A stretch of 64,000 nucleotides of DNA. Source: Candidatus Latescibacterota bacterium. GTDB lineage: Bacteria; Latescibacterota; UBA2968; UBA8231. Below the pieces are notes generated by a model that did no database searches, was not told where the DNA came from, and saw only the letters and a program-made list of their open reading frames with translations. Every line of letters begins with the position of its first letter. Position 1 is the stretch's first letter. The translations under genes were made by a program, and so were the position numbers. The stretch is taken from contig OZ253462.1 of NCBI GenBank assembly GCA_965261395.1, forward strand, positions 2,592,001 to 2,656,000. The letters run 5' to 3'. Below are positions 19,286 through 28,583 of the stretch, one piece after another.

Positions 19286-20620
19286 TTACTCGTTTCTTAA
19301 TTCGCTTATTAGTCGCACCCTGCCGGTGAGAAGCTGCTGCATCATACCCTGCTTGACGGCACGGGTCTTGTCCCGGCGTCGTTCCAGCGCGGCGATCTCG
19401 GTGTCCATGTCGGAGAGGACGGAGACGATAGCGGTCTGTTCGTCCACGCTTGGCACGGCGAAGCTGAAATTGGCCATATCGCGGCCGTACAGATGAAAGA
19501 CCGTCGTGCCGGATACAAGCTGCATCACCTGATCTCGGTGTATCTTGATTGCATAAGCGAGAAATTCTCCGTTGAGAACGCTCTCCGAGATACGAATGAC
19601 AAGGACGTCACCACCGAGGATGATATCGGAAGCCAAAATACAACTTGCCGTTGCTAGACCATTGGGAGTTACATCCGAGGTCGGCATTAGCACATCGTTG
19701 CGAATAGAGTGGAAGAATATGCCTTCCCGGTCAGTTCCATGTAGAACTTCAGTGATGCGTTCGCCATAGACTGTAAAAAGCTCGCCGTAGTGGACGCATC
19801 GTCGTCTTCCATCAAGTGACAGGTCGGCTTTGGACAGACCTGATCCTTTGAAGAATGACGCGATATCCCCCAGCCGCTTCGTCTCCCACACCCCGCTGAA
19901 CCCCGGCAGGCGGCTCTTGCCGGTGAGGAGTTGCTGCATGGCGGCTTGCTTGACGGCCCGCTTCTTGGCGATCAGCGCCTCCAACGCCGCGAGCAACCCA
20001 TCCACATCCGACAACGCCTCGGCGATGGCGCGTTGTTCGGGAAATGGAGGTAATACAAATCGAATTTTCCGAACCGTCAGTAGGCTCATCCCGGCCTTGG
20101 CACCAATGTCCATTGATGCCACGAAAAGCTGCCGTGACCTTTCAGACGCGAGCGAATAGGCAACGAAACGAGCGCACACGAGAGTCTTGTCAAATCGAAT
20201 TAGTGCAATGTGCTGATTCATGTATGCCGGCTTGGATACGCGCGAGTCGACAATGCCAATGATCCCGATGTCAGCAGTTATCGAGATCAGTATATCCTCG
20301 TCTTGCAATTGTGTTCGCGATGCTTCTGCGTTTCCCTGTGACGGTAGCAAGACCGTCTTTAGATCTGACAGTTCTAGATCGATTGACTGCCGAGTAAGAT
20401 TACTTATCCGAATAAATGGGGCACCTCTCTCGGCGTAGAAATGCGCCCATCCCCGGGAGCCGCTTGTCACGAAAGGACTCAGACTACCGATATCAACGAC
20501 CTGCCACTCCTCCGGAATCACCCCCACCTCAGTTCGCTTGTAACCCACTGGCACTTCTTCCGCTAGCGCACGGCGTCCATTTCCAAGGACGCTGCCCATT
20601 GTCCCTCGCCCGCTATTCAC
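19286..20620 (-). CDS. hsdS: Type I R-M specificity subunit
   Basis: GYKRTEVGVIPEEW and two TRDs, each followed by EQ.AI...LSD.D....KQ.MQQLLTG conserved regions. Confidence 0.95.
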   Translation of the reverse strand: MNSGRGTMGSVLGNGRRALAEEVPVGYKRTEVGVIPEEWQVVDIGSLSPFVTSGSRGWAHFYAERGAPFIRISNLTRQSIDLELSDLKTVLLPSQGNAEASRTQLQDEDILISITADIGIIGIVDSRVSKPAYMNQHIALIRFDKTLVCARFVAYSLASERSRQLFVASMDIGAKAGMSLLTVRKIRFVLPPFPEQRAIAEALSDVDGLLAALEALIAKKRAVKQAAMQQLLTGKSRLPGFSGVWETKRLGDIASFFKGSGLSKADLSLDGRRRCVHYGELFTVYGERITEVLHGTDREGIFFHSIRNDVLMPTSDVTPNGLATASCILASDIILGGDVLVIRISESVLNGEFLAYAIKIHRDQVMQLVSGTTVFHLYGRDMANFSFAVPSVDEQTAIVSVLSDMDTEIAALERRRDKTRAVKQGMMQQLLTGRVRLISELRNE

Positions 20621-21779
20621 CGTCTTCGCCTTCCCGATAGTTTAATTCTCTCTGGATGCTCTCCAGTTGGGCTACAAGTTCCTGTTTCGATGGCAGATAG
20701 AGCTGGTATTTCGACGCGTAGATATTGGCTTCTTCCGGTAGCGTCAGCTCAACCACGGCATCGTTCTTGCGGCCACAGAGCACAATACCAATGGTCGGAA
20801 GTTCGTCGTCAATCTTCACATAGCGGTCAAAGTAGTTGACGTACATCTGCATCTGACCCAAGTCCTGATGGGTCAATTCACCGCGTTTGAGGTCAATCAG
20901 CACATAGCAGCGCAGTAGCCGATTGTAGAAAACGAGATCTACGCGGAAATGACTGTTGTCGAAAGTAAACCGCTTCTGCCGCGCCTCGAACAGAAATCCC
21001 TTGCCCAACTCCAGCAAGAAGTGCTGAAGCCGGTCGATGATCGCCGTTTCCAGTTCGCTCTCGGAATAGACGGGCTTTTCCTCCAGCCCGAGAAACTCCA
21101 GCACCAGTGGGTTCTTAATCAGATCCGATGCTTTTTCGACCACCTGTCCCTCGCTGGCAAGCCGACGAACTTCCTCCTTGTCGCGGCTGAGTGCGAGCCG
21201 CTCGTACAGGGAGCTAGCGATCTGTCGTTCCAATTCGCGTACACTCCAGCCGTTGCCCGCAGCCTCAAGCTCGTAGAAGCGGCGCTCTTCGGAATTGTCG
21301 ATAGTCAGAAGGGTGACGTAGTGGGACCAAGCAAGGGAAAATCGCTTCTCCAATTCCGCAGACAGTGTCTGCACAATTCCCGGCAGTCCCATCACTGGGA
21401 CGGGGAATTTCCGAGACGCTGTCTCGGAAATCTCAGGGCTGCCCGAAATCTGAGAAGATGTCTTGGGTTTTGCTGTCTCCGAGGGCTCGGAACCTAGGTG
21501 CCTGTAGAGCAAATAGAACCGACGCATCTGTTCTAGGGAATCCATGGAAAAGCCGCGACCAATCCTAGCTTTTAGGGCTGCTGAAAGCCTTTTCATGGTC
21601 TGTGCTCCGTATTCCGCTCTATCCGCCCCATGCTGTTCATACTCGACGATATACCAACCGAACAGCCAGTTCCGTGCTACGAGTGAGCGATCAACGGCTC
21701 GCGCCGCTGAGTGTCGTGTTTCCTCGTGGGTTCGCCGACACAACTCGACGAGATTATCGAAATCGAATTTTTGACTCAT
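20613..21779 (-). CDS. YhcG/DUF1016 PD-(D/E)XK nuclease
   Basis: LAWSHY, WSVRELERQI, LLELGKGF.F.ARQ, VDLVFY..IDLK and GQMQMYVNY motifs. Confidence 0.93.
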   Translation of the reverse strand: MSQKFDFDNLVELCRRTHEETRHSAARAVDRSLVARNWLFGWYIVEYEQHGADRAEYGAQTMKRLSAALKARIGRGFSMDSLEQMRRFYLLYRHLGSEPSETAKPKTSSQISGSPEISETASRKFPVPVMGLPGIVQTLSAELEKRFSLAWSHYVTLLTIDNSEERRFYELEAAGNGWSVRELERQIASSLYERLALSRDKEEVRRLASEGQVVEKASDLIKNPLVLEFLGLEEKPVYSESELETAIIDRLQHFLLELGKGFLFEARQKRFTFDNSHFRVDLVFYNRLLRCYVLIDLKRGELTHQDLGQMQMYVNYFDRYVKIDDELPTIGIVLCGRKNDAVVELTLPEEANIYASKYQLYLPSKQELVAQLESIQRELNYREGEDGE

Positions 21780-21823
21780 AGCGAAATCCCCATCCGCTTC
21801 AATCGCCCCTCGGCCTTCGCCCC
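21776..21823 (-). repeat. Orphan diverged copy of the hsdM 3' end (matches 23053-23100)
   Basis: A 20-bp perfect core gaaatccccatccgcttcaa, with 39/48 identity by hand count. It reads GAKAEGRLKRMGISL* versus GEKVEGHLKRMGISS*, and its TGA overlaps the yhcG ATG. Confidence 0.9.
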
Positions 21824-22728
21824 GAGCCTCGGCGCAGCGTCAACCGCAAGTAGTCCTCCGTCGCCTCAAACTCCGGATCAACCCCGTTATGCGCCCGCAT
21901 CAACGGAATAATCTTGTTCCGCACTCCCATGCCGCGTGCATCAGAATAGCTGTAGTCCCGCAACGTCTCGGAGATGAGCAAATTGCGGGGAACCCGTTGA
22001 CCAGCAATCATTTTTTCGACCGTCATGCCGTTTTGCAGCGCACCGGGGCTGAGTATCTCTATCCGGTCCGCATAACGGACCACCTCAATTTCCTCGTACC
22101 GCGTCCAATCTCGATGCGTCAGCGCATTGACAACGCCTTCGCGCAGCGCTTCCAGCGGATAGTGCCAGCGTCGTTCCCGGCGCATGGACTCTTCTACTTG
22201 GCCCGCCTCCTCGGATACAAACGGCCGCATCGCATCGGCAAGGCGTTCAATCAGCCCCTTTTCCACCAGTTCACGACCCCCCGACAGCACCTGCCAAAGA
22301 TCGACAAGCGGCCCCTCAATCACTTGATCGTCAAGGGCATTGTAGGTTTTCTCCTCTCCCTCAAAGCACATCCAGCGGATACCGGCATGACGCAACAGGC
22401 GGCGCGGCCGATAGCCGAACAGGATCAATCCGGCGATCGTACAGGCTGGCTGGTCGTCTTTGGGATCACGGCATACTTGGACCGCCTCGATGATTTCGAT
22501 CAGGTTCGATTCCCGTATCAGGGATCCAAGAAACTCGTCGCGCTCTTCACGGGTGACATACCGGTCGAACCTGTCCCGGCCGAGTACACGGCTCAACTCT
22601 CCCACCAATGCCCCAGAAACCAGAATCATTCCATGATTCAAAGCCCGGATGAACGCCTGCCCTGGTACGGAATCGTTGAAGAGTAAAGCACTGATAATGA
22701 CGTTTGTATCGAAGACGAAGCGGGTCAT
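21799..22728 (-). CDS. Chimeric ORF: PIN (VapC-like) N-terminus fused in frame to a HATPase_c_4 C-terminus
   Basis: FVFDTNVIISA...VCRDPKDD (PIN, lacking its C-terminal third) is followed by CTIAGLILFG...REGVVNALTHRDW..ILSPG..RN...GMG. Confidence 0.75.
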   Translation of the reverse strand: MTRFVFDTNVIISALLFNDSVPGQAFIRALNHGMILVSGALVGELSRVLGRDRFDRYVTREERDEFLGSLIRESNLIEIIEAVQVCRDPKDDQPACTIAGLILFGYRPRRLLRHAGIRWMCFEGEEKTYNALDDQVIEGPLVDLWQVLSGGRELVEKGLIERLADAMRPFVSEEAGQVEESMRRERRWHYPLEALREGVVNALTHRDWTRYEEIEVVRYADRIEILSPGALQNGMTVEKMIAGQRVPRNLLISETLRDYSYSDARGMGVRNKIIPLMRAHNGVDPEFEATEDYLRLTLRRGSGRRPRGD

Positions 22729-22949
22729 TCGTCGGCCAGAATGGACTGCAAAATTTCCGGAGTCAGACCACGCCGTTGCGCGTTGCGGCTGATTTCCAGC
22801 ATCGTGTCCCTAAGTGATTTCCCGGATTCTGTCGCATCACGCAAACGCAAATTGACAAGCAAATCCAGCTTGCGACGCTCATTATCAGAAGCCGAACGGT
22901 AGAGTTTGGCTACATCGGAATCAACTGACACGGTTATTTGCTCTGCCAT
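22725..22949 (-). CDS. Small putative antitoxin
   Basis: 74 aa with a beta-strand start (ITVSVD) and AQRRGLTPEIL tail. ATGA-coupled to the PIN ORF, with a GGAGG RBS. Confidence 0.75.
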   Translation of the reverse strand: MAEQITVSVDSDVAKLYRSASDNERRKLDLLVNLRLRDATESGKSLRDTMLEISRNAQRRGLTPEILQSILADE

Positions 22950-23052
22950 TACTGTTCCTCCAAAGTGAACGACTTCAGGTTGCCAGCCAACGACCGGTTA
23001 TCATACCACACTTCTTCTAAAGATACGGAACTCAACGGTACGAATGCCTCCC

Positions 23053-25494
23053 TCACGATGAAATCCCCATCCGCTTCAAGTGCCCCTCGACCTTCTCACC
23101 AAACTCCTCCACCTCCCGCTCCAACTCCGGCAACGGACGGGCGTAGCGCTCCTCCAGTTCTTTCACGCGCCCGGCGAGCTGCTGAGTCAGCCGCTGCACC
23201 TCACCCTCGACAGCACCCCGGATGCTCGCAAACCACTTGTCCTCGACCGCCAGCGTCTTGATCTCGGCTTCGGTGAGCGCGCCGTAGCGGGCCAGCACCT
23301 GCTCATCCAAACGGGCTTGGGCCTCCTTGACAGCCTTGCCCACCTCGGCGTCAGCCTCAATCAACGTCCGACATCGCTTGAGGGCATCGCGTTCCTCATC
23401 GCTCTCCGGCTCGTATCGGATGGCCTTGAGCCGTTCCGTCACACCGGCCTTGGTGACCTTGCCCTTGTCGTTGGCCGCCTCCTCCAGCAAACCCTCCTCG
23501 CCAGTGTGCTCTTCAACGAACTCCTCCAACTCGCGCGCGGCGGCCTCCTGCTTGGCCTGTAGCGCCTCGACCGCGGCCTGTTCATCGGCAAAGTAGCGCG
23601 CGACGATCAGCTCTGGGGGGATCAAGTCCATCTTGTACTTCTTGCGCTTGATAGTGAGATCCGGCGTCTCCTTGATCTTCTTGTCTCTATCTTCGACGAT
23701 TCCGCGCGGCTTGGCAGCCTCGCTCCAACCATCCGCAGCGATGAGATACACGTCGTCCTGCATCACCTCGTCCCAATAGTCCATCAGCCGCTGATATGCA
23801 TCGTACGCGGCAAGTAGCGGCAAGCCGGCAAATCTCGCCAGCAGATCCTCCGCCAGAGTGCGGATGATGTCCTTGGGATAGGCGTCTATCTCCAGTCCCT
23901 TGAGAACCGGCTCGTGCGTCTCACGCCAAGCGTCGAATATACCGGCGACCCGCGCCTCGTACGACCCGAACTCCCCATGTTCGAGGATGGCGCCCTTCAC
24001 CTGCGGCGTCTCAACGCGAGCCTCGCTGTAGCCCGCCCGCCCGTTGCCAACAAACAACGCCTGACGCAACGAGGGGAAGACGTCCCAGTAGGTGCCGAGC
24101 GCGCCGAGGTCGCGGTCGGGAATACCGCCGTGCAGATGCGCGTCGAGATCGTGCAGGTCTTCCGGTTCGCTGGAATCAATGTAGCGCGGGATGTTCAGGT
24201 TGTAGTCGTTGGCCGGACTAGCGATCTCAGCCACCGGCACCATGCGAGAATAGCGCGGCACCTCGGTCTGCCGGTTGAACACATCGACGATCCGGTGGAT
24301 GTCTTGGGCGCGTAGGCGATTCTTGTTGCCGTCCTTGAGGAAGCCCTTGCTCGCGTCGATCATGAAGATGCCGCTGCGGGCCTGGGCATTTTCCTTGTCG
24401 AGAACCAAAATGCAGGCGGGAATGCCAGTGCCGTAGAACAGGTTGGCCGGCAGGCCGATGATGCCCTTGATGAAGCCACGCCGGATGAGATTTCTGCGAA
24501 TGTCCGCCTCCTTGTTACCGCGAAACAGCACGCCGTGTGGCAAAATAATCGCGCCCTTGCCCTTGCTATTGAGCGACGCAATCAGGTGCAAGAGGAAGGC
24601 GTAGTCGCCGTTTTTCGTCGGAGGAATGCCGTACTCGAAGCGCCGGTACTCGTCGTGGTCTGGATTGAGACCGCTGGACCAAGCCTTGGCGGAAAAGGGC
24701 GGATTGGCGACGGCAAAGTCAAAGGTCTTGAGGCGGTCATCCAGGTTCTTGAAATACGGAGTGGCCAAGGTGTTGCCGCGCCACAGCTCGGCGGTCTCGT
24801 GGCCATGGAGGATCATGTTCATCCGCGCCAGCGCATAGGTGGCGTTGTCCATCTCCTGGCCGTACACGGTAATGCCGTGCGGCGCTTCGTCCGCGGCCTT
24901 CAGCAAGAGCGAACCGGAACCACAAGTCGGGTCGTAGATCGTCCGGTCCTGTTGGGTATCCGAGCCAATGCCGACCACTTGCGCCATGATGCGTGAGACC
25001 TCGGCCGGCGTGTAGAACTGCCCCTTGCTCTTGCCCGACTCCGTGGCAAAGTGCCGCATCAGGTATTCGTAAGCATCGCCGAGCAGGTCGTCGCCCTCGG
25101 CCCGATTGGCGCGGAAGTCGAGCCCCTCGAATATGGCGACTAGCTTCGAGAGCCGATCCTGCATCTCCTTGCCTGTGCCGAGCTTGCTCTCGTCGTTGAA
25201 ATCGGCTTGGTCAATGACACCCTTGAGGTCGTTAGCCTCGGCAAGCTGGCCGATGATCTTGTTGATCTTATCGCCGATCTCCTTGTCGCCCTTGAGCGTT
25301 ACCATATCGGCGAAACTGCCGCCGGGTGGAACTTCAATGAGCGGGTACGGATCGTCAGCGTACTTGTCCGAGACGTACTTCATAAACAGCAGCGTCAGGA
25401 CGTAGTCCTTGTACTGCGAGGCGTCCATGCCGCCGCGCAACTCGTCGCAGCTTTGCCACAACGACGAGTAGAGTTGTGACTTCTTCAGAGCCAT
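23053..25494 (-). CDS. hsdM: Type I R-M methyltransferase subunit
   Basis: LWQSCDELRG, GQFYTP, YDPTCGSGSL, NPPF and YNLNIPRY motifs. Confidence 0.97.
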   Translation of the reverse strand: MALKKSQLYSSLWQSCDELRGGMDASQYKDYVLTLLFMKYVSDKYADDPYPLIEVPPGGSFADMVTLKGDKEIGDKINKIIGQLAEANDLKGVIDQADFNDESKLGTGKEMQDRLSKLVAIFEGLDFRANRAEGDDLLGDAYEYLMRHFATESGKSKGQFYTPAEVSRIMAQVVGIGSDTQQDRTIYDPTCGSGSLLLKAADEAPHGITVYGQEMDNATYALARMNMILHGHETAELWRGNTLATPYFKNLDDRLKTFDFAVANPPFSAKAWSSGLNPDHDEYRRFEYGIPPTKNGDYAFLLHLIASLNSKGKGAIILPHGVLFRGNKEADIRRNLIRRGFIKGIIGLPANLFYGTGIPACILVLDKENAQARSGIFMIDASKGFLKDGNKNRLRAQDIHRIVDVFNRQTEVPRYSRMVPVAEIASPANDYNLNIPRYIDSSEPEDLHDLDAHLHGGIPDRDLGALGTYWDVFPSLRQALFVGNGRAGYSEARVETPQVKGAILEHGEFGSYEARVAGIFDAWRETHEPVLKGLEIDAYPKDIIRTLAEDLLARFAGLPLLAAYDAYQRLMDYWDEVMQDDVYLIAADGWSEAAKPRGIVEDRDKKIKETPDLTIKRKKYKMDLIPPELIVARYFADEQAAVEALQAKQEAAARELEEFVEEHTGEEGLLEEAANDKGKVTKAGVTERLKAIRYEPESDEERDALKRCRTLIEADAEVGKAVKEAQARLDEQVLARYGALTEAEIKTLAVEDKWFASIRGAVEGEVQRLTQQLAGRVKELEERYARPLPELEREVEEFGEKVEGHLKRMGISS

Positions 25495-25497
25495 GGC

Positions 25498-26376
25498 CTA
25501 GCGCCCCTTAAACCACAGCTTCAACGCCGTCCCGCCCATAATCATCTCTTTTTCCGCTGCGGAGATATTCGGCAGATGGTAGTCGAGCAAATCCACCAGT
25601 TTTTGGTACCCCGGCTCCACCACAATCCACGGCGAATCCGTACACCACATCATGCGATCCGCGCCGTAGGCCCGATACACATCCTCGACCATGGACTGCA
25701 TATCCCCGTAAGGCCAAGGCACCTTAGAAAACGCGTACTCCCCCGAAATCTTGACATAGACGTTGGGAAAGCGAGACAGCGCCATCACTTGCGGATAGTT
25801 GGCCGGCGACAGCGGCTCGGCGTCAAAGCGGGGGCGACCCCATCGGTCCGGCCCGCCGGGCGTGGTTGGCATCACGCCGAGATGGTCGAGGGAAATGTTC
25901 ACGCCGGGGAAGGCTGCGGCCAGCAGTTCGATGCAGGGGAACTGGGCCCCGCCGGTGTAGATGTTGATGTTGATCCCCAGCTCGTCCGCACACTCGAAAA
26001 TCGCGTAGGTTGACAGATCCTCGGCCCGCTGGGCGGCCGGGTCGCCCAACGCCCCCAGCCGAATCCCCTCAATGCCGGTGGCAGCGACGAGCTCGCGCAG
26101 TCGAGCGGGCGGGTCTGGGTCGTCTAGGTCGATCAAACCCGTAGCCGTAAAGCGGTCGGGCCACGTCCGCACGCAATGCGTGACATAGGCGTGCTGCTCG
26201 ATCTGGGTGCCGTTCATTTCGATCAGCACGGTGCGGTCAATGCCCGAAGCATCCATGTCCGCTATGAGCGCCTCGATCGGGCAGGCGCGGTCGGCCGGTG
26301 CGAGGCCGCTCAGCTCGCGGGGGAACCGCTCGCTCGGCAGGTCGAAGACGTGAACGTGAACATCTACTTTATCCAT
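25498..26376 (-). CDS. Amidohydrolase_2 family protein
   Basis: DVHVH, LDHLG, NVYVKISG and RMMWCTDSP motifs. Confidence 0.9.
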   Translation of the reverse strand: MDKVDVHVHVFDLPSERFPRELSGLAPADRACPIEALIADMDASGIDRTVLIEMNGTQIEQHAYVTHCVRTWPDRFTATGLIDLDDPDPPARLRELVAATGIEGIRLGALGDPAAQRAEDLSTYAIFECADELGININIYTGGAQFPCIELLAAAFPGVNISLDHLGVMPTTPGGPDRWGRPRFDAEPLSPANYPQVMALSRFPNVYVKISGEYAFSKVPWPYGDMQSMVEDVYRAYGADRMMWCTDSPWIVVEPGYQKLVDLLDYHLPNISAAEKEMIMGGTALKLWFKGR

Positions 26377-26398
26377 CTGAGGAATCCTTTCTCTAAAG

Positions 26399-27355
26399 TT
26401 AGGGATCGACGTTTAAGTGCCAGCGCAACTCGCCGGGCGAGGCCGCGTGCTGGTAAATCGGGTGCATCAATTCGCTGCGGTAGCGCGCAAAGAGCACGGG
26501 ATCAACAAAGCGCTGCGCCTGCGACCAGTCCCAATCTATATAAGTAAATGCCTTGATGTTGGGGTGGTGGCGCAAGAAGCGGAGGAAGGGGACAAACCAA
26601 TGGGGCCACGCTTGCTCGGCCCGGCCTAGGTCGGTGGTAACGGGCGTGACCACGCCGACGAGCACGGGGTAGCCACGCTCCTGCGCCGCCTCGACAAAGG
26701 CACGGCTGCGGCGCAGATATTGCGGCGCGGCCACGTCAATCGACCACCAATCGACGTACTCATCCCCTGGATAGTAGGCCAAGTAATCAGAGCCGCCGTC
26801 GTCCTTCTGCGTCCATACCAGCGCAACATGCTCCAAGCCCCAACGACCCCGCAGTGTTTGCGCTATCCGCCGCCAAGCCTCGATGTAATCGGTCGCCTCA
26901 TAGGCTCGCCAAGAGCTGTTGAACGCATAGCCCAATCTCAGCAGGACCGGGCGGTCTAGCTCCTGCAACCCCCAGCAGAGCCGCTCAATCGCCTCGTCGA
27001 GTTGGCCCTCGGCAATGGCCGCCTCATAGGGCTGGCCGACAGCGCTGAAACCGAGGTCAATTTGCGGCAGACCGTAGCCTGCATACTGGTCCAGATGCGT
27101 GCGCAACGTCAGATGCCAGTCGTAGGGCAGGTCGTGGAGTTCGTAGTACACGGCATAGACGAGCGGGCGCGTGCGTTCTTCGGGGTCGAGCGGCTCGAAG
27201 CTCAGCGCGGCCCCGTGCAAGATGCGCTCGCCGAGCGGCTCTAGGCGCTGGAAGTGGTCGGTGCGCGCGGCAAAGTGGCCTACGGGATCGGGCGCGAGCG
27301 AAGCCCCGTAACAGCCCGCAAGGGCGAGGGCGAGGAACAACAGCAAAGAGCGCAT
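26399..27355 (-). CDS. GH26-like lipoprotein lacking both catalytic glutamates
   Basis: LAGC lipobox and YYPGDEYVDWWSID signature. RLGYAFN and PVLVGVVTP occupy the acid/base and nucleophile positions. Confidence 0.75.
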   Translation of the reverse strand: MRSLLLFLALALAGCYGASLAPDPVGHFAARTDHFQRLEPLGERILHGAALSFEPLDPEERTRPLVYAVYYELHDLPYDWHLTLRTHLDQYAGYGLPQIDLGFSAVGQPYEAAIAEGQLDEAIERLCWGLQELDRPVLLRLGYAFNSSWRAYEATDYIEAWRRIAQTLRGRWGLEHVALVWTQKDDGGSDYLAYYPGDEYVDWWSIDVAAPQYLRRSRAFVEAAQERGYPVLVGVVTPVTTDLGRAEQAWPHWFVPFLRFLRHHPNIKAFTYIDWDWSQAQRFVDPVLFARYRSELMHPIYQHAASPGELRWHLNVDP

Positions 27356-27411
27356 AGTAGCAAACCTGTGAAGCGGCGGATGTTACAATATAGCGATTCT
27401 GAATGACTTGA

Positions 27412-27480
27412 ACGATTCGAGATACGAATCGTCTTGTGCATCCTATTCTGCGTCTATCTGCGTCCATCTGCGGATCATCT
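27412..27480. repeat. Intergenic hairpin and 10-bp (atctgcgtc[c/t])-type repeats
   Basis: acgattcg-agata-cgaatcgt stem, then ttctgcgtct atctgcgtcc atctgcggat. Confidence 0.6.
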
Positions 27481-27524
27481 TGTGCATGATTGAGGATTGC
27501 TATATCAGCATTTTGCGGCGGCAC

Positions 27525-28457
27525 TCAAAACCGCTCGCCAGCAGCGTGGAGCACGCCGAGCGCGTCGCAGGTGACGTGGAGATTGGGCCGGCTGCGGTTG
27601 GGCCGACCCCAATCGACCAGCGAGTCGTCGCCCTTGCCCATGCGCCCGACTCGGTAGTGTTTGCGCTCGGCTGGGAACGTGCCGTCGGCGAGTTGCTTCG
27701 ACTTGAGCAGGTCGAGCGCAGCGCGGCAACGCGCGTCGGCGAGTAGGGGCGACCGGCCGGTCGCCCCTACCTCGGCCATGACCTTGAGGCCAAAGAGGAA
27801 ATCGCAGTGCTCGTAGCAGGGATAGTGCAACGAGGCGCAGTCGGCACTCAGGGGGCTGCCATCGGGCTTTTGGTAGAGGTGGTGGGCGAGCAAGTGCTCG
27901 GCGAGGCGAGCGGCGGCATCGGCAGAGACGCAGTCAGCGCGGAGGCGGGCGTGCAGGGCGAGGCCGCGCAGGGCGGTGAGCGCTTGGCCGAAGGCAGCGG
28001 GACTGCGGCCCAATGCCTTGGGCAAGCTGCCCGCGAGGCGCTGAGCCAAGGCGTCGGCGCGGCCATCGTCGATCTCGAGGAAGAGCAAGTAGTACAGCGC
28101 ATTGCCCTCGATCGCACCGCAAATAGGCTCGGGGCGATTGGGATCCAAAAGCCATTCGCAAACTTGGTCGCGCAAGGCCCAGAGGCTTTTGTCTCCGGAC
28201 GCGGAGCCTAGATCGGCCAGCATGTAGAGCACCCAATGGGCACCGCGCCAGCGGTGACTCGGCGGCAGGGGGATGCGGCCCGCAGCATCCAACTCGGCCA
28301 ACAGGGTGCGGACCAAGACCGACTCGCGGATCTCGTCGCGGAGAATGCGAATCTCGCGCTCGCTGGGCGGGCGAGCCGAGACATTGAGGCGGATCTTGTA
28401 GCGCACGAAAGGCTCGTCCATTGCGGAGAGCGCGCGGGCGATGTGGGCAGTGGACAT
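27525..28457 (-). CDS. Alpha/alpha-toroid (prenyltransferase/terpene cyclase-like) protein of unknown function
   Basis: WRGAHWVL..LADLG, LHYPCY..D.LFGL and ALDLLKSKQLADGTF (QW-like) repeats. Confidence 0.7.
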   Translation of the reverse strand: MSTAHIARALSAMDEPFVRYKIRLNVSARPPSEREIRILRDEIRESVLVRTLLAELDAAGRIPLPPSHRWRGAHWVLYMLADLGSASGDKSLWALRDQVCEWLLDPNRPEPICGAIEGNALYYLLFLEIDDGRADALAQRLAGSLPKALGRSPAAFGQALTALRGLALHARLRADCVSADAAARLAEHLLAHHLYQKPDGSPLSADCASLHYPCYEHCDFLFGLKVMAEVGATGRSPLLADARCRAALDLLKSKQLADGTFPAERKHYRVGRMGKGDDSLVDWGRPNRSRPNLHVTCDALGVLHAAGERF

Positions 28458-28583
28458 AGGCTTTTGGACTCAGGAAGATGCGTTGGCGGCGAAAAAGGGC
28501 TTGTATATTGTTGTGCAATAGCAATCACAGAAGCAATAGTTTGCTTTGCCTAAGAGCTAATCCCCGAAAGCGACGGAGGACAA

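Noticed and set aside
12013-25494. R-M locus as a prophage, ICE or invertible hsdS shufflon
   Set aside because: No integrase, invertase, structural or conjugation genes are present, and there is a single hsdS with no inverted silent copies.
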